From Bifidobacterium breve (GTDB taxonomy: Bacteria; Acidobacteriota; Vicinamibacteria; Vicinamibacterales; CAVVIG01), in the NCBI GenBank assembly GCA_943328785.2, contig CALQBJ020000002.1:1-48812 (forward strand): a stretch of 48,812 nt of DNA, written 5' to 3'. Shown piece after piece: positions 34,404 through 43,257 of this stretch. Below the pieces are notes generated by a model that saw nothing but the letters and a program-made list of their open reading frames with translations, ran no database searches and was not told the DNA's origin. The position numbers and the translations under genes were made by a program. The first letter of the stretch is position 1. Each line of letters opens with the position of its first letter.

Positions 34404-36430
34404 GCCCGGCGCGCGCGCGCCTCGCGAATCATCGCGTCGAGATTGGGGTAGTGCGGGTCGAGCCGCTTCGCGTCGGTCCATCGGTTGATGGCATCGTCGA
34501 AGCGGCTCGCGCGCGCCTCCAGAACTCCGAGATAGACGAGCGGCCTGGGGTCGGCCGGGTCGAGCGCCATTGCCACCCGCAGTTCCCGCTCCGCCTCCAC
34601 ATCCTCCCCCCGAGCCATCTGCAGCCAGCCGAGCGAGGCGTGCTGCGCCGCGCTATCGCCGAGGCTGCGCAGGCTCTCAGCGTACTCGGCCTGTGCACGC
34701 GCGAGGAGCGCTCCGGCTGGAGCCGGCAGCGACGTGACACCGAGCTGCAACAGCGACTCGGCGGCCCTGGTGCGCACTACTCGCGACGGATCCGACAAAC
34801 GGGCCGTCAGGGCACGCTCGCTGACGGCGCCTTCGACCTGACCGAGCGTGGTGACTGCCGCGGCGCGCACCATCGATTCTGGCGCGGACGCCGCCGCCAC
34901 GAGCGGGTTCACGATTGTCGCCGGAGTGGCCGCGCCGTGGGCAGCCGTGCGGGCGATGAGCCGTCCGGCGAATCCTGCGGCGGACGCGCGGATGAGCGGC
35001 GGCTGCGCCGGTGTGGCCGAGAGGGCGGCAATCTGCGGGAGGACCGTGCCGTCGTTGGCGGTGGCGCGGTACAGGACCTCGGTGACCTCCAGCGCCCTCG
35101 TGCGCCGAACCCGATCGCGACGCCCGTACCAGCGGTCCATCACGCCGGCGGCCCATTCGGGCGAGCGGTCGTCGTGACACGTCGTGCACGCATTGGGCAC
35201 GCCAAATCGTCCTGTGACCTCAGGCACGGGCGGCGCGAACGAGTGATCGCGCCGTCGCATCAGCAGGCGCCAGTTGACGTCCGCCATGTGACAGTCGACG
35301 CAGCGGCTGCCGGCTGAGGCTGGCGCGTGATGGGAATGTGTGTCGTCGATTGACGCGTGACACTGCGTGCACAGTTCGTCTGCGCGGGCGAGCGGGACCT
35401 TCAGCGAGTGTTCGTTCGTCGACCCGTGGGCGGCATGACAACTGGCACAGGTAGCCCCGCCGGTCTGGAAGCAGCCGCTCGACGAGAGCGCCTGCGGCCG
35501 GTTGAAGCGGCTCGGCCGTCCGTCCGGCCAGAAGTCGCCCTGCGGGTCGGTCGCCGGCACGGCGTCACTCATCAGCGAGAGCTGGGCGAAGTCGTCGAGC
35601 CGGCTGCCGGGTACGAAGCCCACGAAGTGGTTCGTCTTGTTCCCGTGGCAGTAGGCGCAACTGTCGAACACCGCGGTCTGCGACGAGGTGCGAGGGACGA
35701 AGATAGCGAGCTGCCGGCTGAAGGCCGGGCCGGCGCGATCGGGATCGATGTCAGGGTAGCTCGCGGCGTCACGTCCCCACGCTGTCAGTCGGGTCACGTG
35801 CTCGCGGCCGGGTCCATGGCACGCCTCACAGCCGACTCCGAGTTCGCTCCACGTCGTCGAGTACTGCCGGCTGCGCGGATCAAACTGCCGCCGGATGTTG
35901 GTGGCGTGGCAATTGAAGCAGTTGATGTTCCAGATCTGCCGCTGGTCTCCACCCGTCCGCGGTGCCGGCGTGAGGTCGCGCCAGCCGACCCAACGCTGCC
36001 ACTCACGCTGCCAGAACAGCGGGAGCACGTACATCCGGCCATCGGGCAGTGTCGAGATGTAGCCCTCCAGTCGCTTTTCGCCCAGCGTCAGTTCGGGACG
36101 GAAGTCGGCTGTCGAACCTGCCGAGGTGACGCGCACCGACGGATGCCCAGCTTTCACGGAGGGCGCGTAGCTGTCCGGTCCGTCGCGTACGACGGTCTCA
36201 TCGGTGAAGTTGCCCAGGAGCGGCGCGGTCGATGCCGACTGCGTCATGCGGACGTGCACCGAACGTTGCCAGTTGTCCCAGGCCGCGCGGTGACAGGAAC
36301 GGCACGACTCCGACCCGGCATAGTCCGAGTCGGTGGAGGGCGAGGTCGTCGCCTGGCCGGACAGCGACAGGACGGTGAGGTGTCCGGCGACGAGCACCGC
36401 GGCCATGCGGAGCAGACCCCGCCCGCTCAT
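34394..36430 (-). CDS. Secreted octaheme c-type cytochrome fused to HEAT-like and TPR repeats
   Basis: Signal peptide, then eight CXXCH motifs (CRSCH, CFNCH, CEACH, CAYCH, CASCH, CTQCH, CVDCH, CTTCH) in the first ~430 aa. The C-terminal ~240 aa is Ala/Leu-rich helical repeats ending in TPR-like sequence. ATGA overlap with the upstream gene. Confidence 0.88.
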   Translation of the reverse strand: MSGRGLLRMAAVLVAGHLTVLSLSGQATTSPSTDSDYAGSESCRSCHRAAWDNWQRSVHVRMTQSASTAPLLGNFTDETVVRDGPDSYAPSVKAGHPSVRVTSAGSTADFRPELTLGEKRLEGYISTLPDGRMYVLPLFWQREWQRWVGWRDLTPAPRTGGDQRQIWNINCFNCHATNIRRQFDPRSRQYSTTWSELGVGCEACHGPGREHVTRLTAWGRDAASYPDIDPDRAGPAFSRQLAIFVPRTSSQTAVFDSCAYCHGNKTNHFVGFVPGSRLDDFAQLSLMSDAVPATDPQGDFWPDGRPSRFNRPQALSSSGCFQTGGATCASCHAAHGSTNEHSLKVPLARADELCTQCHASIDDTHSHHAPASAGSRCVDCHMADVNWRLLMRRRDHSFAPPVPEVTGRFGVPNACTTCHDDRSPEWAAGVMDRWYGRRDRVRRTRALEVTEVLYRATANDGTVLPQIAALSATPAQPPLIRASAAGFAGRLIARTAAHGAATPATIVNPLVAAASAPESMVRAAAVTTLGQVEGAVSERALTARLSDPSRVVRTRAAESLLQLGVTSLPAPAGALLARAQAEYAESLRSLGDSAAQHASLGWLQMARGEDVEAERELRVAMALDPADPRPLVYLGVLEARASRFDDAINRWTDAKRLDPHYPNLDAMIREARARRAQR

Positions 36431-37176
36431 CGTCTGGCCGTTGCGAGACGGATGTCGCCGTTGACCGCGTCGATGTTGATCACGGGGGAGGCCTCGCCGA
36501 ACGTCGCCTCGCTGAAGCGGGGACCGGTCGTAGTGCGGACGGTGAGAGGCAAGGCGCTGTCGATCGAGCCGTTCATGGTGAGGGCTAGCACCCGTGCACT
36601 GCGCGGCATATCTGGCAAGGTCAGCTCGATGTCGCCATTGAAGGTACGGAGCCGGACTGCTCCCGTGAGAGCCCCCGCTGCGAGCGAGACCCGCAACGCG
36701 CCCATGGTGGTGTCGAAGCGCAGGGCACCGCTGACGTCCGACGCTTCGATGGTGCCGCGCGTGACCCGTGCCGAGACGCCGCCGGACAGGCCGCGCAGTT
36801 GAAGCGTTCCCTCGAACAGCGCGATCATCGCGACCGGCTGGGTCCGCGGGACGTCGATGACCACGGTGCTCGTGAGCCGTGCGTCGTGTGCACCGTCGGC
36901 CTGGAGCACCGACACCTGAAGCCCCGCTGGCGCGACGTCGATGCGCTCCTCGACGCGCGACAGCGAGGCGCCGCCGGCCGCGCGGTGGTCGATGCGGACG
37001 CGCACGTCCGCGCGGTCCGAACCGAGTACCTGCACGTCGCCGACTGCCACGTCGATGCGGACTGGCGCCGCCGGTTCGAGCCGGAGCGTACGTTCTCGCT
37101 TTCGTCCCTCACCGGCCGCATGGCCGATGAGGACGGTGCCGAGGAGCAGGGCAATGCACACGAGGGCGTTGCGCAC
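36427..37176 (-). CDS. Secreted beta-strand-repeat protein, DUF4097-like
   Basis: Signal peptide VRNALVCIALLLGTVLIGHAAG (GTG start). Repeated G-x-I/L strands (GDVQVLG, GTLQLRG, GTIEASD, NGDIELTL, NGSIDS, NGDIRL). It begins 7 nt after the phoD stop. Confidence 0.65.
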   Translation of the reverse strand: MRNALVCIALLLGTVLIGHAAGEGRKRERTLRLEPAAPVRIDVAVGDVQVLGSDRADVRVRIDHRAAGGASLSRVEERIDVAPAGLQVSVLQADGAHDARLTSTVVIDVPRTQPVAMIALFEGTLQLRGLSGGVSARVTRGTIEASDVSGALRFDTTMGALRVSLAAGALTGAVRLRTFNGDIELTLPDMPRSARVLALTMNGSIDSALPLTVRTTTGPRFSEATFGEASPVINIDAVNGDIRLATARR

Positions 37177-37183
37177 CAGTGGC

Positions 37184-38797
37184 TCAGACGAGGTGGGAGC
37201 CCGGCCGTCCGGCTTCGACGACCAGCGAACCGGTTGTCCGAATCGGTGCGTCCGGCACCGTCACGCGGTCGACGGAGCGAAACTCGGCGCGCATGCTCTT
37301 CGGCGTGGCGGTGCAGGCCACGTACCCACGGCGAGCCCCGTGATACGTGATGTGCGGGTTGTCCACCTTCAGCCGGTCCCAGCCGAGTTGGGTGTCGGAG
37401 CCATCGCCGTTGGACGTAATGGAGGAGTTCGTGAACTCGACGCCGACCGTCCGCGACGCCGGGTTGCGGAAGTCGGCTTTCAGGTCGGACCCGTAGTGCA
37501 TGTGCACGTCGCCGGACAGGACGATCGGATTCGGGGCGGCGGTCTCGGTCAGGCGCGAGTAGAGCCGCTGCCTCGACGCTGTGTAGCCGTCCCACTTGTC
37601 CATGGAGAACCGCGCCTCCGGTGCGAGCCCTGCCGCGTCGCGTGCGAAGGTGGGCACCTGCTGGCCGAGCAGTGTCCACGTCGCGCGTGTGTCGGCGAGG
37701 TTCTGGAACAGCCATCGCTCCTGCGCGTCGCCGAGGATGGTGCGCGACGGCTGGTCGGCTTCGGCGCACCCGGTATGGCTGCCGTCGCCGCAGGCCTGCG
37801 GTGACCGGAACTGTCGCGTGTCGAGGACGCTCAGGTCGATCAGGCTGCCGAACTGCATGCGCCGGTACAACTGCATGTTCGGGCCGGATGGAATCGACGA
37901 TGCGCGCAAAGGCATCGACTCGTAGTAGGCCTGATAGGCGGCCGCGCGCCGCAGCAGGAAGAGCTCGGCCGGCGTGCCGTGCTCGTCGTGGGTGCCCGCG
38001 TAGTTGTTGTCCACCTCGTGGTCGTCCCAGGTCACGATGAACGGCGCCGAGCGGTGGGCCTCCGCCAGGTGGCGGTCCATCTTGTACTGCGCATACCGGT
38101 TGCGATAGTCGACGACGGTATAGATCTCGTCACCATGGTGCTGACGCACACGCGTTTCGTCGCGGCCACCGTCGGCGCGGTACTCGTAGATGTAGTCGCC
38201 GGTGTGGAAGATGAAGTCGAAGTCTTCGTCGGCAAGATGTCCCAGTGCCGTGAAGTGACCTACTTCGTAGTGACTGCAGCCACAGACCGCGAAGCGCAGC
38301 CGGTCGATGGCGGCGCCCGGCGCCGGCGCGGTCTTCGTGCGGCCGGTCTGGCTCACTTCCGAACCGGCCATGAAGCGGTAGAAGTAGCCGCGCGCCGGCT
38401 CGAGTCCGTCTACTTCGACGTGCACGCTGTGCCCGAGTTCCGGGCGCGCCAGGGTGGTGCCGCGCTGCACGATCGTCGTGAACCGGTCGTCCCGCGCAAT
38501 CTCCCATCGCACCTCGACATCGCGCATCGGCATGCCGCCGCCGTCGAGCGGCCGAGGCGCGAGCCGTGTCCACAGCACGATGCCGGTCGGCAGGGGATCG
38601 CCAGAGGCGACGCCCAGCGTGAAAGGGTAGTCGCCAAAGACCGGCTGCGCCAGCAGACCGCTCGACACGAGTGGATCGGCAATGGCCGCCGCGCCGGCCA
38701 TGCCGACGATCTTCAGCAATTGGCGGCGGGAGAGGGTAGCGAGTGTCCGCGGGTACGCGGCAAGGACACGATCGGCGGCAAAACGTTGGCGGGACAT
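37184..38797 (-). CDS. phoD: Tat-exported alkaline phosphatase D
   Basis: Twin-arginine signal SRRQLLKIVGMAGAAA. PhoD N-domain FTLGVASGDPLPTGIVLWTRL, plus FIFHTGDYIYE, WDDHEVDNNY and VLSGDVH. AGGAGG RBS. Confidence 0.92.
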   Translation of the reverse strand: MSRQRFAADRVLAAYPRTLATLSRRQLLKIVGMAGAAAIADPLVSSGLLAQPVFGDYPFTLGVASGDPLPTGIVLWTRLAPRPLDGGGMPMRDVEVRWEIARDDRFTTIVQRGTTLARPELGHSVHVEVDGLEPARGYFYRFMAGSEVSQTGRTKTAPAPGAAIDRLRFAVCGCSHYEVGHFTALGHLADEDFDFIFHTGDYIYEYRADGGRDETRVRQHHGDEIYTVVDYRNRYAQYKMDRHLAEAHRSAPFIVTWDDHEVDNNYAGTHDEHGTPAELFLLRRAAAYQAYYESMPLRASSIPSGPNMQLYRRMQFGSLIDLSVLDTRQFRSPQACGDGSHTGCAEADQPSRTILGDAQERWLFQNLADTRATWTLLGQQVPTFARDAAGLAPEARFSMDKWDGYTASRQRLYSRLTETAAPNPIVLSGDVHMHYGSDLKADFRNPASRTVGVEFTNSSITSNGDGSDTQLGWDRLKVDNPHITYHGARRGYVACTATPKSMRAEFRSVDRVTVPDAPIRTTGSLVVEAGRPGSHLV

Positions 38798-38829
38798 GTG
38801 TACGCCTCCTTTAGTGAGTGCAGGAGGGC

Positions 38830-38852
38830 AGGATATCGATCGCCTGTGACAG
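38830..38852 (-). promoter_or_regulatory. Pho-box-like half-site CTGTCAC 10 nt upstream of a -10-like TATCCT, upstream of phoD
   Basis: Minus strand TCGTCGCGAAG-CTGTCAC-AGGCGATCGA-TATCCT, 33-55 nt upstream of the phoD ATG. Confidence 0.25.
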
Positions 38853-38899
38853 CTTCGCGACGATGGCGTGACGTGTGGGCGACGACTGTCGCCGTGGGG

Positions 38900-40579
38900 C
38901 TAGCGGCGGACCCGGTCCAGCGCCAGCGCACGCGACGTGCCTGCGTGCCGCGGCTCAGCCGTACGGTGGCGGTCGACGGCACCACGCACCGGGGTCTTCG
39001 TGCCGGCGGGGGCCAGCCCCTCGTCATAGTGGGATCCGTTGCCAGGTCGCGGTGTTTCGAGGCGAAGCGGCTTGCCCAGCACCCGTTCGAACGGCGCCGC
39101 GTGTCGCGACGCTGCCCAGAGCTCGAGTTCCGCGTCACCGGACGTCTGCAACTCGATCAGCACGTCGTCGTCGCGCTCCTGCAGCGTCACGCCGGTGATG
39201 ACCTGCGAGTGGCTGCGCTCGAGTGCTTCAGCCAGACGGAGCATCGCCGCCAGCGCGCGGACGGCACGACGGCGCTTCTTCGGCAGTTCGCCGAACTCCG
39301 CGTGCCCGAGACTCGGCACGGCGCGGCGGTGATAGCGGGCGATGAGCGCGATGGTCTCCACATCGAGCGGCTCGAAGCCGCGCAGGTCGCCGTTGCGAAT
39401 CAGGTAGTACGAGTGCTTGTGGTGCTTCTCGTAGCTGATGTGCACGCCGACGTCGTGCAGCAGCGCGGCATACTCGAGCCACTCACGCTCGCGGTCGGTC
39501 ATGCCGTGGATGCTGCGCGTCGTGTCGAACAGCCGCAGGCTGAGCGTCGCGATGTGCTGCGAGTGCTCGGGCGAGTAGTTGCAGCGTTCCGCGAGCTCGA
39601 TGACACTGCGGCGCCGCAGGTCGGGATACTGCTCGGCGTGGACGATCTCCTCGCGATGCCGCGCGACATAGTCGAGCACGATCCCCTCGCGCAGCGACAT
39701 GTCGCAGAGCGTGATCTCGGTGGCCTTCAACCGCTGCAGGATCACGTCGATGAGAATCGAGCCGGCGACCGCGATGTCGCCACGGCGCGGCTCGAGGCCA
39801 GGGATGGTGAGTCGCTTCTGGAGCGGCGCACTGCAGATGGCCTTGCGGGCGCGGCGCATCTGCTTGGCGGAGACGCGGCGGTTGCGCACGCTGGCTGGAA
39901 TCGCGCCATCCTCTTCAGTAGCCGCGATGATGCCGACGCTGAGGATGGAGCCCGACGTCCCAACGACGCGGTCGAATCCGGCCTCGGTGATCTCCTTCAG
40001 GTAGTCCTTCAGCGCCGACTCGATATAGCGGACCATCCGACGTTCGTCACGCTCGCTGATCGGGTCGGACTGGACGAACCGTTCGGTCAGGCGAATGACG
40101 CCCAGCTTGAAGCTCTTGCCGGTGGCCAGCGTCGACCCGGTGCCCTGCGTGATCTCGACGCTGCCGCCGCCAATGTCGACCACCACCGTCACATCGTCCG
40201 ACAGGCCGAGTCCGTAGGCCGCCGCCAGGTGGATGAGTCGCGCTTCCTCCGGGCCGGAGATGATGCGGGCGCGGATTCCGGTCTGCGTGATGATGGCTTT
40301 GAGGAACTCGCCGCCGTTCTCGGCTTCGCGCACGGCGCTGGTGGCGACGGCCAGGGTGCGCTCCACCTGGTGCGACTCCGCGAGCCGGCGGAACTTCGAC
40401 AGCACCTGCAGCGCCGCCTGCATCGCCTTCGGCGTGAGTGCGCGGCCATCGAGGCCGCCAGCGCCGAGGCGCACCATCTCCTTCTCGCGGTCGATGATCT
40501 CGAACGACAGATCCGGGCGAACCCGGACGACGATCATGTGGATGGAGTTCGTCCCGATGTCGATGGCTGCCAGCCGCAT
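38900..40579 (-). CDS. ppx: Exopolyphosphatase / guanosine pentaphosphate phosphohydrolase with C-terminal HD domain
   Basis: MRLAAIDIGTNSIHMIVV, DIGGGSVE (Ppx/GppA ASKHA fold), and the HD region LLHDVGVHISYEKHHKHSYYLI. Confidence 0.92.
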   Translation of the reverse strand: MRLAAIDIGTNSIHMIVVRVRPDLSFEIIDREKEMVRLGAGGLDGRALTPKAMQAALQVLSKFRRLAESHQVERTLAVATSAVREAENGGEFLKAIITQTGIRARIISGPEEARLIHLAAAYGLGLSDDVTVVVDIGGGSVEITQGTGSTLATGKSFKLGVIRLTERFVQSDPISERDERRMVRYIESALKDYLKEITEAGFDRVVGTSGSILSVGIIAATEEDGAIPASVRNRRVSAKQMRRARKAICSAPLQKRLTIPGLEPRRGDIAVAGSILIDVILQRLKATEITLCDMSLREGIVLDYVARHREEIVHAEQYPDLRRRSVIELAERCNYSPEHSQHIATLSLRLFDTTRSIHGMTDREREWLEYAALLHDVGVHISYEKHHKHSYYLIRNGDLRGFEPLDVETIALIARYHRRAVPSLGHAEFGELPKKRRRAVRALAAMLRLAEALERSHSQVITGVTLQERDDDVLIELQTSGDAELELWAASRHAAPFERVLGKPLRLETPRPGNGSHYDEGLAPAGTKTPVRGAVDRHRTAEPRHAGTSRALALDRVRR

Positions 40580-40600
40580 GGTGTCCCTACACTACTCCGG

Positions 40601-40629
40601 TTTACAAAGCAGATCCGCAGCGCGAAGAT
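40601..40629 (+). promoter_or_regulatory. Candidate promoter giving a leaderless sixA mRNA
   Basis: TTTACA-N17-GAAGAT ends 6 nt before the ATG at 40636. No SD is visible. Confidence 0.3.
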
Positions 40630-40635
40630 AGCGGT

Positions 40636-41130
40636 ATGTTCGAGCTCTACCTCATTCGGCACGGCGTGGCGGCAGAACGCGGTCCTGCATGGCCTGACGA
40701 TGCGAAGCGGCCGCTGACCGAGGAGGGCATCGGCCGCATGAAGAAAGCCGCGAAAGGGCTGAAGCGGCTCGATGTCCGCCTGGACGTGGTGGTGTCGAGT
40801 CCGCTGGTGCGCGCGCGGCAGACGGCCGAGGTGGTGGCCGGCGTGTTCGACGAGATGCCGCCGCTGGTGTTCACCGCCGCGCTGGCGCCTGGCGGGCGCT
40901 ACTCCGACCTGCTGGCCGACCTGCAGACGCAGGTGCGTCGCACCAGGATCGCGCTCGTCGGCCACGAGCCCGACCTCGGGCGGCTGGCCGCGCGGCTGGC
41001 CGGGTCGCGCCGCGCCTTCGAGTTCAAGAAGGGGGCGGTCTGCCGCATCGACGTGGACGCGCTGCCGCCCGAACGCTCTAGTACGTTGCGCTGGTTCCTG
41101 CCGCCGTCGATCCTGCGGCGCATCTCGTAG
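40636..41130 (+). CDS. sixA: Phosphohistidine phosphatase SixA
   Basis: LYLIRHGVA (RHG catalytic motif), ARQTAE and VGHEPDL; ~160-aa histidine-phosphatase fold typical of SixA. Confidence 0.85.
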   Translation: MFELYLIRHGVAAERGPAWPDDAKRPLTEEGIGRMKKAAKGLKRLDVRLDVVVSSPLVRARQTAEVVAGVFDEMPPLVFTAALAPGGRYSDLLADLQTQVRRTRIALVGHEPDLGRLAARLAGSRRAFEFKKGAVCRIDVDALPPERSSTLRWFLPPSILRRIS

Positions 41131-41143
41131 GTGGGAGCCGGGA

Positions 41144-41578
41144 CTAGGCGCGCAGGTGGTCGGCCTGCCACTCCTTCACGCGCTGTTTGATCGCCTTCGC
41201 GTCGGTCAGTTGGCCCGCGAGCACCTCGTTCACCAGTTCCGGTAGTTCCGTGTCGCTGGCGAAGCGGAGAGAGACGATCTGCGGAACCGGCAGGGCGCAG
41301 GCACGCGCCGCCACATCGGCTGGCAGCAGGGCGTGGAAGCGGTGACGCATCTCGAGGCGCACGACGCGGTTCTGCACCGTCAGCGTCTGCGTGCGGGCCG
41401 AGAGCGCCATGATGAACAGCGCGATGGCCACGAGGAACGCCATGACGTGGTCGACGCTCAGTCCGCCGAGTAGGCGGTAGGCCGACCACAGGATGTTGGC
41501 GACGACGATCAGGGCCATCACCATGTACGGCATCGGGAGCTTGCGGACGTGGTTCTGGTAACTCTGCGCTTCAGGCAT
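41144..41578 (-). CDS. Hypothetical two-TM membrane protein with a soluble C-terminal domain
   Basis: Internal ATG at 41578 preceded by GGAGGA. MPEAQSYQNHVRKLP, two hydrophobic helices, and a charged C-terminal domain. Family not recognised with certainty. Confidence 0.65.
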   Translation of the reverse strand: MPEAQSYQNHVRKLPMPYMVMALIVVANILWSAYRLLGGLSVDHVMAFLVAIALFIMALSARTQTLTVQNRVVRLEMRHRFHALLPADVAARACALPVPQIVSLRFASDTELPELVNEVLAGQLTDAKAIKQRVKEWQADHLRA

Positions 41579-41693
41579 GCACTTCCTCCGAGACGATCTT
41601 ACGGCAGAGCCGGGGCTACGCACCGGCGGGGGAAAATTTACAGCGGCGTTACGGACCGTACGGGCAAGATGAACTCGTTCAAGAGAGGCCATC

Positions 41694-41915
41694 ATGTTCG
41701 ACCTGAATCTTGCGTCTGGGGGCCACGTTCGTCACTACACCGTTGTGCTGGCTGGTGAGGCCGGCTGGGAAGTGCGGGTGGAAGAAGATCGGGCGGTCCG
41801 GTGGAGTGAAACCTACGAGGACTGGCACCGGGTTGAGCGCAGCCTGGCGCGGGTGAAGCGAGAGATCTCCGAACTGCTCGCGCGCGGGTGGACGATCGAA
41901 TCCGCTAGTCGATGA
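41694..41915 (+). CDS. Hypothetical small protein (73 aa)
   Basis: ATG preceded by AGAGAGG. Globular-looking sequence (GWEVRVEEDRAVRWSETYEDWHRVERSLARVKREI). Its 3' end overlaps the convergent phoB-like gene by 11 nt. Confidence 0.45.
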   Translation: MFDLNLASGGHVRHYTVVLAGEAGWEVRVEEDRAVRWSETYEDWHRVERSLARVKREISELLARGWTIESASR

Positions 41916-42594
41916 AGCGATAGCCGAGACCGATTGAGGTTTCGATCTGGGTGCCGGCGGTGCCGAGCTTCTGGCGCAACCGGCCGACGTGCACGTCGAC
42001 CGACCGGGTCTCGACGAGGCGGTCGTAACCCCACACCCGTTCGAGCAACCGGTCGCGCGACACGACGCGGTTCTTGTTCTGCACGAGGTAGCGCAGCAGC
42101 TCGAACTCGCGCCTGGTGAGCTTGATCGGCTCGCCGTCCACCGCGACCGCCACGGCATCGAAGTCGGCGACCAGGTGCGTGCCTGTGTAGGCGGCTGCCT
42201 GTCGTTCCTCTGGTGCGGCCGCCCGCCGCAGCACCGCCTTCACACGCGCCGTCAACTCGCGCAGGCTGAACGGTTTCGTCACGTAGTCGTCGGCCCCCAT
42301 CTCGAGCCCGGTCACCCGATCGGACTCGCTACTCTTCGCCGTCAGCATGATGATCGGCAGGTGGCGCGCATCGGAGCGCTGCCGCAGCAGGCGGCACACT
42401 TCGAGGCCTCCGAGCACCGGCAGGTTGAGGTCGAGGATGATGAGGTCTGGCGGGCGGGCGGTGACCGCCTTCAAGGCCGCGTCGCCGCTGCCGACGATTT
42501 CGGCTTCGGCATTCCCGCTGCGCTCGAGTGTGTGCTTGATGAGCCCGGCAATGTCCTGTTCATCCTCGACGATGAGCACGCGGTGCTTCTGCAT
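41905..42594 (-). CDS. phoB: PhoB-like OmpR-family response regulator, with no adjacent kinase
   Basis: Close resemblance to E. coli PhoB blocks: DRVTGLEMGADDYVTKPFSLRELTARVKAVLRR; TRREFELLRYL; VWGYDRLVETRSVDVHVGRLRQKL; GLGYRF. ATG at 42594. Confidence 0.85.
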   Translation of the reverse strand: MQKHRVLIVEDEQDIAGLIKHTLERSGNAEAEIVGSGDAALKAVTARPPDLIILDLNLPVLGGLEVCRLLRQRSDARHLPIIMLTAKSSESDRVTGLEMGADDYVTKPFSLRELTARVKAVLRRAAAPEERQAAAYTGTHLVADFDAVAVAVDGEPIKLTRREFELLRYLVQNKNRVVSRDRLLERVWGYDRLVETRSVDVHVGRLRQKLGTAGTQIETSIGLGYRFID

Positions 42595-42711
42595 GTATGA
42601 CGTCCACACTACAGAGCCGACGTTTCGCCGTCGTGTCGGAGCTGTTAATTCTGCGTTACGGCGCCGTCGCGCTGCGTGCTATTCTGCGCCGGAGTGACGG
42701 GTCGCTGGCGG

Positions 42712-43176
42712 ATGGACGTGAGTCGTGGGCTGGGCAAGCTGTCGCTGGCGGGCGCACTGATGGCGCTGGCCCTCGTGTGGGCGCGGCCGGCCGCCGCCCA
42801 GGAGTGGATCTCCTACAACAGCGACCCGAAGAACATCCTCGAAGGCAACTGGCAGTCGTGCGTGCAGGCCGACGGCCGCTACGCCGAGAAGATCTACGAC
42901 CACTACGTCAACAGCGTGCCGCAGTTCGAAGTGCACCTCGGGCCGCGCCGCGAGTTCGCCATCTTCAAGGGCGTGCAGGAGGAGCACCGCGAGCATGAGT
43001 ACCGCGACAACCTGCTCCAGCCCTACCGCGTGATGATGGAGGGGAGCCGCGCCCGCCAGCACTGGGACGTGCCGTCGCTGAACCTGAGCTTCACCGTCAC
43101 ACTTGGTGGCGGCTCGACGATGGACTGCGAGAGTTGGTACATCGTCCTCGCCCCGCTCGACAAGCACTCGCAGTAG
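42712..43176 (+). CDS. Hypothetical secreted protein
   Basis: Signal peptide MDVSRGLGKLSLAGALMALALVWARPAAA. High-GC3 globular body with a Cys pair. No family recognised. Confidence 0.65.
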   Translation: MDVSRGLGKLSLAGALMALALVWARPAAAQEWISYNSDPKNILEGNWQSCVQADGRYAEKIYDHYVNSVPQFEVHLGPRREFAIFKGVQEEHREHEYRDNLLQPYRVMMEGSRARQHWDVPSLNLSFTVTLGGGSTMDCESWYIVLAPLDKHSQ

Positions 43177-43257
43177 TCCCGTGACGGCCACGGAAACAGA
43201 GCGACGTTTCAGCGCCGCGATCGCAGTCGGTCCAGACGCGATGCTGTAATCGTCACG

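Noticed and set aside
37979-40717. 912-aa + strand ORF across phoD and ppx
   Set aside because: It is an antisense shadow spanning two independent minus-strand genes and their intergenic gap, with no domain signatures.
41645-42661. Shared 9-mer GCGTTACGG in the two intergenic regions flanking the phoB-like gene
   Set aside because: It is not independently significant at this length. It is subsumed in the CGTTAC-core motif finding.
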